This document shows, one piece after another, positions 16,892 to 28,558 of a DNA stretch of 29,724 nt (positions are counted from its first letter, which is position 1; each line of letters opens with the position of its first letter). This DNA is from Candidatus Auribacterota bacterium (GTDB taxonomy: Bacteria > Auribacterota > UBA6266): positions 1 to 29,724 of the forward strand of contig JAGLRQ010000076.1 in NCBI GenBank assembly GCA_023136205.1, in the 5' to 3' direction. The notes beneath the pieces were generated by a model. It did no database searches and was not told where the DNA came from. It saw only the letters and a list, made by a program, of their open reading frames with translations. Made by a program: the position numbers and the translations under genes.

Positions 16892-17509
16892 TCAAAATAT
16901 CTTGCCCTTCTTTTCTTCTCCCACGGTGGTTTCCCTTCCATGCCCCGGGAAAACCTTTACATCATCCGGCAAATTAAAAATACGGCTTTTAATAGAATTA
17001 ATCAGGGCATCCTCGCTGCCGCCGGGTAAATCAGTTCTGCCAACACCCATAGCAAAAAGAGTATCCCCGGAAAAAAGAACTTCCCGAGGATAGTAAAGAC
17101 ATACACCTCCGGGAGAATGTCCAGGCGTATGGATAACATTTAATTTTATATCTCCAAAAGCCACAACTTCTCTATCCGAAAGGATAACATCGGCGGGAGG
17201 AGAACCCGCTGATTTTAAACCATATCCCTCAAGATTATTCAGAGGTGAAGTTAGATAAGATGCGTCATCTGAATGAATTGCAATCGGGATTGAATATTTT
17301 TCTTTAAGAGCCTTGTTGCCGCTTACATGGTCAGCATGGTAATGTGTATTTACAATCATAACCGGTGTTATTCCTGATTCATCCACCGCATCTGCTATTT
17401 TATCCGCGGCACAGGGATCTATGATGATGCCTTCTTTTGTCTTATCACAAAATACAATATATGAGTTTGTTTCTAACGGGCCATTGACGACACGAAAATA
17501 TTTAAACAT
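16892..17509 (-). CDS. MBL-fold metallo-hydrolase (GloB/YcbL-like)
   Basis: VNTHYHADHVSGN (HxHxDH), IHTPGHSPG, GDTLFAMGVGRTD, FPGHG. GGAG RBS present. Confidence 0.8.
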   Translation of the reverse strand: MFKYFRVVNGPLETNSYIVFCDKTKEGIIIDPCAADKIADAVDESGITPVMIVNTHYHADHVSGNKALKEKYSIPIAIHSDDASYLTSPLNNLEGYGLKSAGSPPADVILSDREVVAFGDIKLNVIHTPGHSPGGVCLYYPREVLFSGDTLFAMGVGRTDLPGGSEDALINSIKSRIFNLPDDVKVFPGHGRETTVGEEKKGKIF

Positions 17510-17518
17510 GTATTCTCC

Positions 17519-19940
<2,422 letters not shown>

Positions 19941-19944
<4 letters not shown>

Positions 19945-20666
19945 TTGCCAAACCCAAGCCTTAGAGCCAAAACTTCCGGTAAACCCGCATTAATAATCTT
20001 ATCTTGTGCAACCTTAAAATTATATTCACATCTCCTGAACTCCAGAAGCATAGTTTCGGTATCATAAAAAACCATACAAATTCTGGAATCTTCATCCCTC
20101 GGCTGTCCGACCGAACCCACGTTAATTATATATCCTGACTCTTTATTCAACTTCATGGCGGGGATGATTTCTTTTTTTACAATTTCATCCCCTACTTCCA
20201 AAACCATCGGAATATGTGAATGCCCTACAAAAACTATTTTTGCGTTAGCATGTTTGAATGTACTCGCGGCTTCTTCTTCACTAAATAAATATCTCCATTC
20301 TTCAGGCTTTGGAAGAGACGCGTGAACAAGGGTAAAACCATTTTCTTCATACACCATCGGGAGTGAGGAAAGATATTCCTTCTCTCCAGGATCAAGCTTG
20401 TTGTAAGTCCAAATCACAGCAGCAGCAGCTTGCGGATTAAAATTAGCATAATCCTGAACACCTGAAGCAGCAAGATCGTGGTTACCGGCTATAACAATAT
20501 CAAAGTTTTCTCTGGCTATCGTGATACATTCACGGGGATCCGCGCCATAACCGACAAGGTCGCCAAGAAAGTACACCTTATCAACACCTTTTTGTTTAAT
20601 TTCCTCCATAGCCCTGTGTAAAGCTTCCAGGTTACCATGAATATCACCAAGAAGGCATATCTTCAT
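19941..20666 (-). CDS. Metallophosphoesterase (calcineurin-like, YfcE/MJ0936-type)
   Basis: All signature motifs are present: LGDIHGN, GDLVGYG, GNHD, GHSH, GSVGQPRD. Confidence 0.8.
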
Positions 20667-21445
20667 TGGCTCTTGCCTAATTCTTTTTTTCTTCGATTGT
20701 AAAATTTTTCTACAACCTTTTTATGAGTCAGATCCTTATTATTAAGCGGTTCTTTTTTTTCTTTTTCATCAACTTCTGCCAGCAGATTCTTCCACACATG
20801 GAAACTTGCTTCCTTATCGCCGGAATCATAAAGAGCATGGGCATACATTCTCGAGACAAAAGAGGGGCAGTCAAATCGCGCCGCCTCAGCGAAATATCCG
20901 GCAGCTTCTTTAAAATCTTTCACCTTATTGAAATAAGTCCATCCTGTTTCAAAATATATATTGTAAACATCAGGATTGTTCTCTATCCCCAGCTTAAGGA
21001 AATCAAGGCCCTGCGCAATCCAGAAATGCTGGTCTCTCATCCTCTCTTGAACAGTCCTGCGCGGACTTACCCCTGCCTGGTAACAAATATTATAAGCCGC
21101 GTGCCACCCTCCCAGTATCCATACATTAAGAAAATTGGGCTGCAAAAAACCTATAGTCTTATAAAGAGGCAGGCATTTGTACCACTGGCCGTGATGCCAG
21201 TACTCATCAATTTGAAGCCATAAAATGTCAGCAGCAATACCTCTGAACCCGCCTAAAAGCATACCGGTAATTTCTTGTCCGGGATGCAGATATATGCGGC
21301 TGTGAAGTTTTTCCTCCACACGTATTTCATTAATCCCCTTAATCCCAATGTCAGGAGTTAACCTGAAACCGTTCTGCAAAAAATAAAGGCAAATTACAAA
21401 TACTGCCAAAACCAGAACAATCCATACTATCCTTAACATTTTCAC
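20663..21445 (-). CDS. N-terminally membrane-anchored helical-repeat (TPR-like) protein of unknown function
   Basis: One N-terminal TM segment (IVWIVLVLAVFVICLYFL). Then LLGGFRGIAADILWLQIDEYWHHGQWY and TPR-like helices (YFETGWTYFNKVKDFKEAAGYFAEAARFD...YAHALYDSGDKEASFHVWKNLL). Lys-rich tail. GTG start overlaps the upstream stop (GTGA); an ATG 6 nt downstream is an alternative. I do not recognise a family. Confidence 0.4.
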   Translation of the reverse strand: MKMLRIVWIVLVLAVFVICLYFLQNGFRLTPDIGIKGINEIRVEEKLHSRIYLHPGQEITGMLLGGFRGIAADILWLQIDEYWHHGQWYKCLPLYKTIGFLQPNFLNVWILGGWHAAYNICYQAGVSPRRTVQERMRDQHFWIAQGLDFLKLGIENNPDVYNIYFETGWTYFNKVKDFKEAAGYFAEAARFDCPSFVSRMYAHALYDSGDKEASFHVWKNLLAEVDEKEKKEPLNNKDLTHKKVVEKFYNRRKKELGKSQ

Positions 21446-22374
21446 AGTCTGTCAACTTCCCTTCGCCTGAATATTAACATGCCAATAATTAACGCCACAG
21501 CGGAATAGAAAAGAGCATAGGACAAAGAAGCTATAATAACTGACGGCTCTATAACCGTTCCCAGCGAAAGAGCATCTTTAAATTCAAATCTTTTAAAGTC
21601 AGGGAGGACTCTCACGAATACCTCGGCAGCTTCTTTGAGTCTCTGTGCCTCAAGCCTGGAGGCAATATGTGTTATCTTCTCTGTCATATGTCCCAATAGA
21701 AAAATAATAATCACAAACACTATATTGGAAGTAGATGAGAGCATAGTTGAAGTGGTTGTTGCAATTGCCACTATAACAACGAATTCCAGCATCAGAGCAA
21801 AACAGGAATATACAATTACCGAATTAATCGGGCCAAATCTTACCAACAATGAAACCACGAATATCAGTGAAAGCAAAAATGAAAAAAGAAGGATAGAAAT
21901 CATATTGCCTATAAATTTGCCCATCACAATTTCCTGGCGGCTTACAGGATAAGACAATAGAACATAAACGGTTTTCTTCTCCATCTCCTTGTACATAGCA
22001 GTGGAAGACATAAACACCCCGAAAAGAAGCCCAAAAAGAGTAATCCCTGAAAGGCCCATTTCACCAACAAAAACATGCTGATTGGCCGGGGCAATTTTCC
22101 CGAACACATGAATCAGCGATACAAGAAGCGCCACAAAAATAAAGATTACATAAAGGGTTTTCTTTCTTAACTCCTCTTTCAACACAGTCACGGCAATAGA
22201 ATATATTCTTCTATTAAGCAGGGGAAATACAATAACTGCAAAAATCAGCAGTACCGCCCTTGTTATATTCCAAAAAGAATAGGATACCATTGCCGTATGC
22301 TCAAAAGTGTAATTTAATATAAAGATTACACTTACCAGCACAAAATAAATTACCGAAAAACCTATCTTCCTCAA
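21442..22374 (-). CDS. ABC-2-type transporter permease
   Basis: About 6 TM helices with the usual long first extracytoplasmic segment (EMEKKTVYVLLSYPVSRQEIVMGKF). TTG start overlaps the ATPase stop (TTGA), so the exact start is uncertain. Confidence 0.6.
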   Translation of the reverse strand: MRKIGFSVIYFVLVSVIFILNYTFEHTAMVSYSFWNITRAVLLIFAVIVFPLLNRRIYSIAVTVLKEELRKKTLYVIFIFVALLVSLIHVFGKIAPANQHVFVGEMGLSGITLFGLLFGVFMSSTAMYKEMEKKTVYVLLSYPVSRQEIVMGKFIGNMISILLFSFLLSLIFVVSLLVRFGPINSVIVYSCFALMLEFVVIVAIATTTSTMLSSTSNIVFVIIIFLLGHMTEKITHIASRLEAQRLKEAAEVFVRVLPDFKRFEFKDALSLGTVIEPSVIIASLSYALFYSAVALIIGMLIFRRREVDRL

Positions 22375-23231
22375 TTGCTTTTACTCTCCTGTTTTTCCTT
22401 AATACTTTTTATAAACAGGCCTTCAAGCGTTTCTTTAGGATGCCCCGAAGAAATAAACTTCCCGCCCGAGGAACTTATAACGTCTTTGATCCTGCTGATA
22501 TCTTCCTGTTTCAAACCGGAAGCTACAATTTCAGTTTCGCCGTTTACCGTAAGCAACTCATCAACATTACCCTCTTTAATCAATTTACCCTCACAAAGGA
22601 TTGCTATTTTGTCACAAACCGTCTGAACCTCAGAAAGAAGATGCGAAGATAAGACAACAGTCTTACCTTCGGATTTAAGGCCAAGAATCACATCCTTTAC
22701 CTCCCGGGAAACTACAGGGTCAAGGCCTATTGTAGGTTCATCCAGAAGGACCAAGTCCGGATCCTTAAGCAAAACCTGGGCAAGGCTTATCCTTCTCGAC
22801 ATACCCTTTGAATAGTCCGAAAGCCTTCTCTTCCTCGCATGTTTTAATCCAACAATATCAAGAACCTTTTCAATCCTTTCCTTTCTCCTGGCCCGGGGTA
22901 TCCCGTTCAGCTTTCCATAGAAATCAAGGGTTTCATCCGCATTTAAAAACCCGTACAGATAAGACTCCTCCGGCATATATCCAATCTGCTCCTTTATTCT
23001 TACATCGGTAGGAACCTTACCTAGAATACGTATTTTGCCGGAGGTTGGAAATATAAGCCCCAGCATCAACTTTAATGCTGTGGTTTTTCCCGAGCCGTTC
23101 GGGCCAAGAAACCCGAATATTTCTCCTTTTTTTACTTCCATATCCAATCTATCAATCGCTATAACTTTCGGCCTGTACCAAAAATCACGGTAGACTTTCC
23201 TCAATCCTTTTATTTCTATTACATGATCCAT
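22371..23231 (-). CDS. ABC transporter ATP-binding protein (ABC-2/CcmA-like subfamily with a C-terminal accessory domain)
   Basis: Walker A GPNGSGKTT, signature YSKGMSRRISLA, Walker B LVLLDEPTIGLD, H-loop VLSSHLL. A ~60 aa C-terminal extension is typical of ABC-2 ATPases. Confidence 0.9.
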   Translation of the reverse strand: MDHVIEIKGLRKVYRDFWYRPKVIAIDRLDMEVKKGEIFGFLGPNGSGKTTALKLMLGLIFPTSGKIRILGKVPTDVRIKEQIGYMPEESYLYGFLNADETLDFYGKLNGIPRARRKERIEKVLDIVGLKHARKRRLSDYSKGMSRRISLAQVLLKDPDLVLLDEPTIGLDPVVSREVKDVILGLKSEGKTVVLSSHLLSEVQTVCDKIAILCEGKLIKEGNVDELLTVNGETEIVASGLKQEDISRIKDVISSSGGKFISSGHPKETLEGLFIKSIKEKQESKSN

Positions 23232-23232
23232 A

Positions 23233-24048
23233 TCACACTTCCTTTTTTGAAAAGAGTTCCGATGCTATGTAAATTAACATAACCGAATATAATATCCCAT
23301 AGGCACCGACCGTAAAAACGTATCTAAAAGATATAATTTTCCCAACAGCTATATAATCCGAGATATTGAAAAATTCAAAGTTCGGAAACAAGTAATAGAA
23401 ACCCAACATTATCAAACCAATAACCTTACCTCCAGACTCAGCCAGGTTACCGGCTATCTGTGTAAGATGCCCCACTATATAGATCAGAAAACACGCGATA
23501 ATATTAAAAGTCTGATGAAAAAACATACTTAAGAGAATAGCCAGAGAAACAAGGATTCCCCCTTTAATAATAATAAGGTATATGCCTTTTAAAAGTTCGA
23601 CGTTATACGCAAATGTCGCAAAACCAAACCTTGCTTCTTCACCAACCTTTTTCTCTATAGAATAAGTTTTAGCGCTTAGTGCAATATAAAAAACGAGTGA
23701 GAGCAACAGTATAGCAAACGTAACATAACAGATAACCCCGATTGCCTTTCCTATAAGATACTGTCTCCGCGATACAGGACAAGACAAAACAGTGTATATC
23801 GTCTTCTTCTCAAGATCAGACTGAATCTGGGAAGAACCAATAACAATAGAGATTATCAACGAGAAAAAGGTTATCCCAGCCATTCCCACATCTTTAAGTA
23901 TTTTAATTTCTTCGCCAAATGTAAAAAACGTGAAAAACTGGGTAGACAATATAATAATAACCCCAAAAATAAAAATAATCTGAAAAACTCTCTTCCTCAG
24001 AGCATTTAAAAATGTCGTCTTTGCAATGGTTATTATTTTAGATGTCAC
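23233..24048 (-). CDS. ABC-2-type transporter permease (second, distinct permease)
   Basis: Six predicted TM helices. LEKKTIYTVLSCPVSRRQYLIGKA is the same conserved loop seen in the other permease. GTG start with a GGGGAG RBS 7 nt upstream. Confidence 0.6.
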   Translation of the reverse strand: MTSKIITIAKTTFLNALRKRVFQIIFIFGVIIILSTQFFTFFTFGEEIKILKDVGMAGITFFSLIISIVIGSSQIQSDLEKKTIYTVLSCPVSRRQYLIGKAIGVICYVTFAILLLSLVFYIALSAKTYSIEKKVGEEARFGFATFAYNVELLKGIYLIIIKGGILVSLAILLSMFFHQTFNIIACFLIYIVGHLTQIAGNLAESGGKVIGLIMLGFYYLFPNFEFFNISDYIAVGKIISFRYVFTVGAYGILYSVMLIYIASELFSKKEV

Positions 24049-24064
24049 GAAAAACTCCCCGTGT

Positions 24065-24343
24065 TTAAAATACTATACTAAAATCTTTATAGATGCCAAC
24101 CGGCTCAAGCCACTGAACCTCAGCATCTCTTACATATTCTGAAAAATAATTTTCTTTAAGATTATAAATTAAATCTGATATTTTTTCTTCTTTTCCCTGA
24201 ACCATTAACTCAACTTTCCCATCGTGAAGATTCTTCACATATCCGACAAGCCCCGCCTGCCCAGCCAGCCTTGACGCGGTAAACCTGAAGCCCACACCCT
24301 GAACCATTCCTGAAAAAAAGACGTTTGCTCTTTTAAATGCCAT
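24065..24343 (-). CDS. acyP: Acylphosphatase
   Basis: FFSGMVQGVGFRFTA (VxGxVQGVxFR phosphate loop) and GYVKNLHDGKVE (catalytic Asn). 92 aa. Confidence 0.85.
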   Translation of the reverse strand: MAFKRANVFFSGMVQGVGFRFTASRLAGQAGLVGYVKNLHDGKVELMVQGKEEKISDLIYNLKENYFSEYVRDAEVQWLEPVGIYKDFSIVF

Positions 24344-24403
24344 AATGGTAAAAATTTAAAATTCTAATTTATTATTTTCTTCTAATCATATAATATCCTC
24401 AAA

Positions 24404-24432
24404 ATTTTACTCGCTACGCATAAAATTTGCAA
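24404..24432 (-). promoter_or_regulatory. Putative sigma-70 promoter for the acyP / ABC-2 / ligA run
   Basis: On the minus strand: TTGCAA (24432-24427), a 17-nt spacer, then TAAAAT (24409-24404). It lies about 60 nt upstream of the acyP ATG, in the 142-nt gap after the tRNA. Confidence 0.45.
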
Positions 24433-24485
24433 CTTATTTACAAAATAAGCGTTAAATTTTTCTCCGTTACTTTTTTATAGAAAAC

Positions 24486-24563
24486 TGGTCGGGGCGCCCG
24501 GATTCGAACCGGGGGCCTCAGCGTCCCGAACGCTGCGCGCTAACCAGACTGCGCTACGCCCCG
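24486..24563 (-). tRNA. tRNA-Pro (anticodon CGG), 78 nt with genomically encoded CCA
   Basis: The reverse complement folds by hand into a cloverleaf: acceptor CGGGGCG/CGCCCCG; D-arm GCGC-AGTCTGGTTA-GCGC; anticodon arm CAGCG-TTCGGGA-CGCTG (anticodon CGG); variable loop AGGCC; T-arm CCCGG-TTCGAAT-CCGGG; discriminator A; CCA. Confidence 0.95.
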
Positions 24564-24573
24564 ACAAAGCTGT

Positions 24574-25296
24574 TTACTTCCTGTTTTTTCCGTGTCCCGG
24601 CAGACAGGCAGGCTCTGTGTTTAATTCTTTTTTTATCCTTATTATATTCCAAACAATCTTAACCAGCAACCCGCCAAGGACAACAACAGCTATTATAAAC
24701 CCTATCCATCCCAAACTGCTTATAATTGTCATGATAGCACCGGAAATAAAAACGCCGCCCAATATAGCAAAAAATGCGTGGACAGGTTTTATTTCAAAAA
24801 GAAAAGCTGCCGCGCATCCGGTCCATGCTCCGGTAACCGGAAGAGGTATCGCAACAAAAAGAGCCAGGCCCAGGGTTTCATATTTTTCCACAACGGATGC
24901 CCTGTCCTTTGTCCTTTTAAAAAACCAGTTGAAAAACCTCTGCCAGAAAATATATTTTGAAAGCCATCTGGTAAGAGGCCCCAGTATAAATATTATCGGT
25001 ATTACAGGTATCATGTTACCCAGCACCGCCAGAACATAAGCTTTAACCGGGTTCATTTTCATGAGGTGGGCCGCGGGAATCGCGCCTCTCAGCTCAACAA
25101 TGGGTAAAGCGGAAATAAACACAACAGCCATTTCCCGGGATATTCCCTTCGCCTGCAGTTTTTCCGCCAGCCTGTAGCCAAGTCCTCCTTCCTCACTAGC
25201 CCATACGCAGCCGGAAAAGCAAGAAACAAGAACAGCAAATAAAATTAATTTGACCAGCCGTGTTTTCCAATCAGAGGAACAAACATACATCCGCAT
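24574..25296 (-). CDS. Polytopic membrane protein, probably of the 'putative small multidrug export' (COG2426-like) family
   Basis: SALPIVELRGAIPAAHL followed by 5-6 TM helices (GNMIPVIP..., VAIPLPVTGAWTG...). The N-terminus has a signal-peptide or lipobox-like stretch (LILFAVLVSCFSGC). The family assignment is from memory of the ELRGAIP-type motif. The ATG at 25296 (or 25290) overlaps the pcm 3' end. Confidence 0.5.
   Translation of the reverse strand: MRMYVCSSDWKTRLVKLILFAVLVSCFSGCVWASEEGGLGYRLAEKLQAKGISREMAVVFISALPIVELRGAIPAAHLMKMNPVKAYVLAVLGNMIPVIPIIFILGPLTRWLSKYIFWQRFFNWFFKRTKDRASVVEKYETLGLALFVAIPLPVTGAWTGCAAAFLFEIKPVHAFFAILGGVFISGAIMTIISSLGWIGFIIAVVVLGGLLVKIVWNIIRIKKELNTEPACLPGHGKNRK
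24641..24669 (-). promoter_or_regulatory. Possible internal promoter for tRNA-Pro, inside the 3' end of the upstream CDS
   Basis: On the minus strand: TTGCTG (24669-24664), a 17-nt spacer, then a perfect TATAAT (24646-24641). It lies about 75 nt upstream of the mature tRNA 5' end. This could be a chance match in AT-rich DNA. Confidence 0.3.
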
Positions 25297-25898
25297 ATCC
25301 TTTCTTCTTCGTATTTATTTTTTATCTTCCTAATACGCAGCAAATCCTGAAAAAAAGAACTTCCCACAGGTATAACAAGCCTTCCGCCATCTACAAGCTG
25401 TTCTTTTAAAGGGTCTGGAACAAAAGGTGCTCCTGCTGTCACTATAATCGCGTCAAACGGCGCATGTCCCTTAAATCCCAAAGTTCCATCGCCTTCAACA
25501 ACAGCAACATCCGTAAACCCGGCATTTTCACAATTGCTCCGGGCAATTTCTCTAAGTTCCTTAATCCTCTCAACTGAAAAAACCTTCGCTCCGATAAAAG
25601 ACAGAATAGCCGCCTGGTAGCCGGAGCCGGAACCTATTTCAAGAACTTTATCATTCTTCTTTATTTCAAGAAGCTGTGTCATAAGAGCAACTATGTACGG
25701 CTGAGAAATCGTCTGCCCGTATCCTACCGGAAGAGGTGAATCATTATACGCATATTTTCTACTTTTTTCAGGAATAAAATTTTCTCTAGGAACATTTAAA
25801 AACGCTTCAAGCACTTTTGGAGAATCTATTCCCCTTCTTTTTAGCTGTGTTTCAACCATGTCACGCCTTGACTGCTCAAAATTATTTTCCTTCACCAC
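25245..25898 (-). CDS. pcm: Protein-L-isoaspartate O-methyltransferase
   Basis: MVETQLKRRGI...VLEAFLNVPRENF, GQTISQPYIVALM, VLEIGSGSGYQAA, VTAGAP. GTG start at 25898 or 25895, overlapping the GT2 stop. Confidence 0.9.
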   Translation of the reverse strand: MVKENNFEQSRRDMVETQLKRRGIDSPKVLEAFLNVPRENFIPEKSRKYAYNDSPLPVGYGQTISQPYIVALMTQLLEIKKNDKVLEIGSGSGYQAAILSFIGAKVFSVERIKELREIARSNCENAGFTDVAVVEGDGTLGFKGHAPFDAIIVTAGAPFVPDPLKEQLVDGGRLVIPVGSSFFQDLLRIRKIKNKYEEERICGCMFVPLIGKHGWSN

Positions 25899-26565
25899 GG
25901 CCTCTATCCAGTATCATCAAAAACATAAATTTTATAAACCTTCCCGTATCTCTTAAAGGCCTGATTTTACTCCGTTCTTCACCGTATATCGTTTTTACAG
26001 GAGCATTCACCATCTTATATCCCGCGCGGGCTGCCTTGATAATAAGTTCGGATTCAATTTCAAACCTGCTCATTACACAATTGATGTTTTCGATAACAGA
26101 TTTCTTCACCAATCTAAAGCCGCATTGGCTGTCCTCAAAAATTACTCCTGTAAAACGTCCCAGGAGCCACGACATAAATTTATTGGTCAATTTTCTAATA
26201 AGGGGCATGTTCTCAAGATTATTCATCCTTGACCCAAGAACTATGTCGGCTTTAGTCTGTTCCATTTTAGAAACAAGATTTTCTATATCTCCCGGATCAT
26301 GCTGGCCGTCTCCATCCATAAGAACAACCGCATCAATATCCATCTTTTTTGCACGCGCAAATCCTGTTGAGACAGCATTCCCTTTGCCTTTATTCGTTTC
26401 ATGCCTGATCATCTCCGCACCGGTTTTCCTGACCTCCTCGGCTGTCCTGTCCCCTGAACCATCATCAATAACAAGAACCCTGTCGCAAAACTTCTCTACA
26501 TCAATAATAAGGTTTTTGATATTTTTTTCCTCATTATAAGCCGGAATTATCGCGCAAATCTTCAT
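25882..26565 (-). CDS. Family 2 glycosyltransferase (polyprenyl-phosphate / DPM1-like, soluble)
   Basis: IIPAYNEEKNI, VIDDGSGDRTAE, NKGKGNAV, LMDGDGQHDP (DxD region). 227 aa with no TM segment. Confidence 0.8.
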   Translation of the reverse strand: MKICAIIPAYNEEKNIKNLIIDVEKFCDRVLVIDDGSGDRTAEEVRKTGAEMIRHETNKGKGNAVSTGFARAKKMDIDAVVLMDGDGQHDPGDIENLVSKMEQTKADIVLGSRMNNLENMPLIRKLTNKFMSWLLGRFTGVIFEDSQCGFRLVKKSVIENINCVMSRFEIESELIIKAARAGYKMVNAPVKTIYGEERSKIRPLRDTGRFIKFMFLMILDRGRGEGK

Positions 26566-26576
26566 TTTGTCCGCTC

Positions 26577-27455
26577 TCAGGTACCGAGTTCAGGCCAGAG
26601 GGGATAAAACACAAACCACTGGTCAGGATACTTCAATATCTGCTCCTGCATCTTATTTATAATCTTTTCCCATAGCTCATCTTTCGTTACACCCTTTCCC
26701 GTAATTATAGGGCCGTCAAAATTAAACCGGTACTTGCCGCCGCTTTCCCGGACAAAAAAACCAAAGGTTATATCGGCACCGGTCCTTACAGCCATATCAA
26801 CAGGGCCTCTGGGAAGAATACATTTCCTGCCAAAAAAGACCCTTTCCACACCGTTAGAAGTGGTATCCCTGTCTGCCAGCAAAGCTACAAATTCATTCTT
26901 CTTCAAAGCTTCATAACACCTCCTGACGCTGTACCCCACGGAAATCACTTTAATACCCTGTTTTAACCGTTTCTCTACAAACATACTGTTCACTTTTTCA
27001 TTGGTATGAGGAAGGACAACAACATTTATGGGATACCCCAGGAGCGCAAGGACAATCCCCCCGAGTTCCCAATTGCCAAGGTGGGCTGAGATAATAACAC
27101 TCCCTCTCTTGTGACTTAGCGCTTCATCAATGCTTTCAATTTTCTCCAAAGTTACATTGTCCTTTAAAAAATCTTTATTAAGTTTACCCGCGGCAAAAAA
27201 ATCCACAAGATACTTTCCAAAATTCACAAACGTCCCGCGGGCAATTGCTTTTATCTCTTTTTTCACACAAGCCTGCCTGGGATCCTTTCCCTGATACTCC
27301 ATCATTACAGAAATATTTAAAATGACACCTTTTCTGGTGCTAAAATTAAACACAAAATTCAAATAAGAGATAAACCATGCAATGGCATAGCTCACTTTCT
27401 TCGGCAGGCGAAACGCGAGAAAATGCAATAACGAAAAATAAAATATCTTTATCAT
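26577..27455 (-). CDS. LpxL/HtrB/PatA-family lysophospholipid-type acyltransferase
   Basis: N-terminal membrane anchor. SAHLGNWE (the HxxxxE/D catalytic motif of the lauroyl/myristoyl acyltransferase family) and LLADRD. It overlaps the upstream stop by 4 nt (ATGA). Confidence 0.7.
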   Translation of the reverse strand: MIKIFYFSLLHFLAFRLPKKVSYAIAWFISYLNFVFNFSTRKGVILNISVMMEYQGKDPRQACVKKEIKAIARGTFVNFGKYLVDFFAAGKLNKDFLKDNVTLEKIESIDEALSHKRGSVIISAHLGNWELGGIVLALLGYPINVVVLPHTNEKVNSMFVEKRLKQGIKVISVGYSVRRCYEALKKNEFVALLADRDTTSNGVERVFFGRKCILPRGPVDMAVRTGADITFGFFVRESGGKYRFNFDGPIITGKGVTKDELWEKIINKMQEQILKYPDQWFVFYPLWPELGT

Positions 27456-28558
27456 AACTTCTCAACTATTTTCGCGATTTCAAACGCACTCTCAGATTTC
27501 CCGATTTTGAACGCATTTTCAGATATTTTTTTACACTTTGAATCAGATGTAATAAGTTCTTCCGCAAGTTCAGCAGCCTCCTTCGCGTTCGCCGCGAGGA
27601 CAGCAGATTCCCTTGAAGTCAAATACTCGGTATTAGACTTTTCCTGGCCCGGAAGGGGGTCCGTTATAATCATCGGAAGCCCTTTCACCATCGCCTCCGA
27701 AGAAGTAAGTCCGCCCGGTTTAGTAACAAGAACATCCGAAGCATCCATTATCAACCCTATTTCATCAGAATAGCCGATAATCCTGATATTTTCCCTTCCG
27801 CCAAAACTGCGGGTCAGCCCCTCATTAAGTTTTTTGTTGCCGCCGGTTATAACAAGGAGAAAATGTTTGGCCGGTATGTCTATCATATGCTTTATCACGT
27901 CACCAATAGAACCTAACCCATAACTTCCTCCCATTATACTAATCACAGGAAGCTCTACAGGAAGGCCGAGTTTTATTTTTGCCCTTTGCTTATCCATCTT
28001 TATTGAAAAGGATGCATCAACAGGAATACCCGTAACATGTACCTTCTCCGGAGCCACCCCTTCCGCAATCAGGTACGCTTTAGCTTCATTTGTCGGAACA
28101 CAATATATATCAACCCCATCATTCAGCCAGTAGGAATGCATAATATAATCCGTAATTACGGCAACCAGTTTTATCCCGCAGTCTTTTTCTTTTTTAAAAT
28201 GGGAAAAAAGACTGCATGGTATGGCCTGGGTGCATACAACGGTTTCAGGATAAAACTTATCAAGAAGTTTACTGATTTTCGCCATGTTTAGTTTATGGAA
28301 AAAGCTGTAAAGCTTATCCGTCTTTCTCTTGATCTTTTTATTATCATAAAGATAGTGCCAGATATCAGGAGTGCTTCTTATCATGCGCATGTACGTTTTT
28401 AAGGTAACTTTTGACAAAATAGGATTCGTATGATGAAATGGGTTTGCCATTTTTACATTGAAACCAGGATTGGTTTCCTTAATTATTTTTTCCAGAATAG
28501 CAGCAGCCTTATGGTGTCCAGAATTTCTCACGATATAACAAACTAGTATATTTTTCAT
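27452..28558 (-). CDS. MGDG-synthase / UgtP-like (GT28-type) diacylglycerol glycosyltransferase
   Basis: N-terminus MKNILVCYIVRNSGHHKAA is like the MGDG_synth N-domain. The C-terminal GT-B half has VITGGNKKL...VLVTKPGGLTSSEAM..GLPMI...PGQEKSN. The track GTG at 28588 has no RBS. The ATG at 28558 has GAGG 6 nt upstream and is preferred. Confidence 0.65.
   Translation of the reverse strand: MKNILVCYIVRNSGHHKAAAILEKIIKETNPGFNVKMANPFHHTNPILSKVTLKTYMRMIRSTPDIWHYLYDNKKIKRKTDKLYSFFHKLNMAKISKLLDKFYPETVVCTQAIPCSLFSHFKKEKDCGIKLVAVITDYIMHSYWLNDGVDIYCVPTNEAKAYLIAEGVAPEKVHVTGIPVDASFSIKMDKQRAKIKLGLPVELPVISIMGGSYGLGSIGDVIKHMIDIPAKHFLLVITGGNKKLNEGLTRSFGGRENIRIIGYSDEIGLIMDASDVLVTKPGGLTSSEAMVKGLPMIITDPLPGQEKSNTEYLTSRESAVLAANAKEAAELAEELITSDSKCKKISENAFKIGKSESAFEIAKIVEKL

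Noticed and set aside
24433-24449. Inverted repeat CTTATTT-ACA-AAATAAG downstream of tRNA-Pro as the tRNA terminator.
   Set aside because: The 7-bp stem is entirely A-T and there is no adjacent U-tract on the transcribed strand. It also abuts the candidate acyP promoter -35 element. Stability is probably negligible.
25817-26539. A 240-aa plus-strand ORF, together with other long plus-strand ORFs at 14934-15491, 18333-18857, 20723-21223 and 24617-25039.
   Set aside because: Each lies entirely antisense to a minus-strand gene with clear family motifs (GT2, CCA enzyme, ligA, the TPR-like protein, the membrane protein). Their translations are low-complexity, rich in Ser, Leu, Phe, Ile and Pro, and have no recognisable motifs or RBS. 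These are the shadow ORFs expected in AT-rich DNA.
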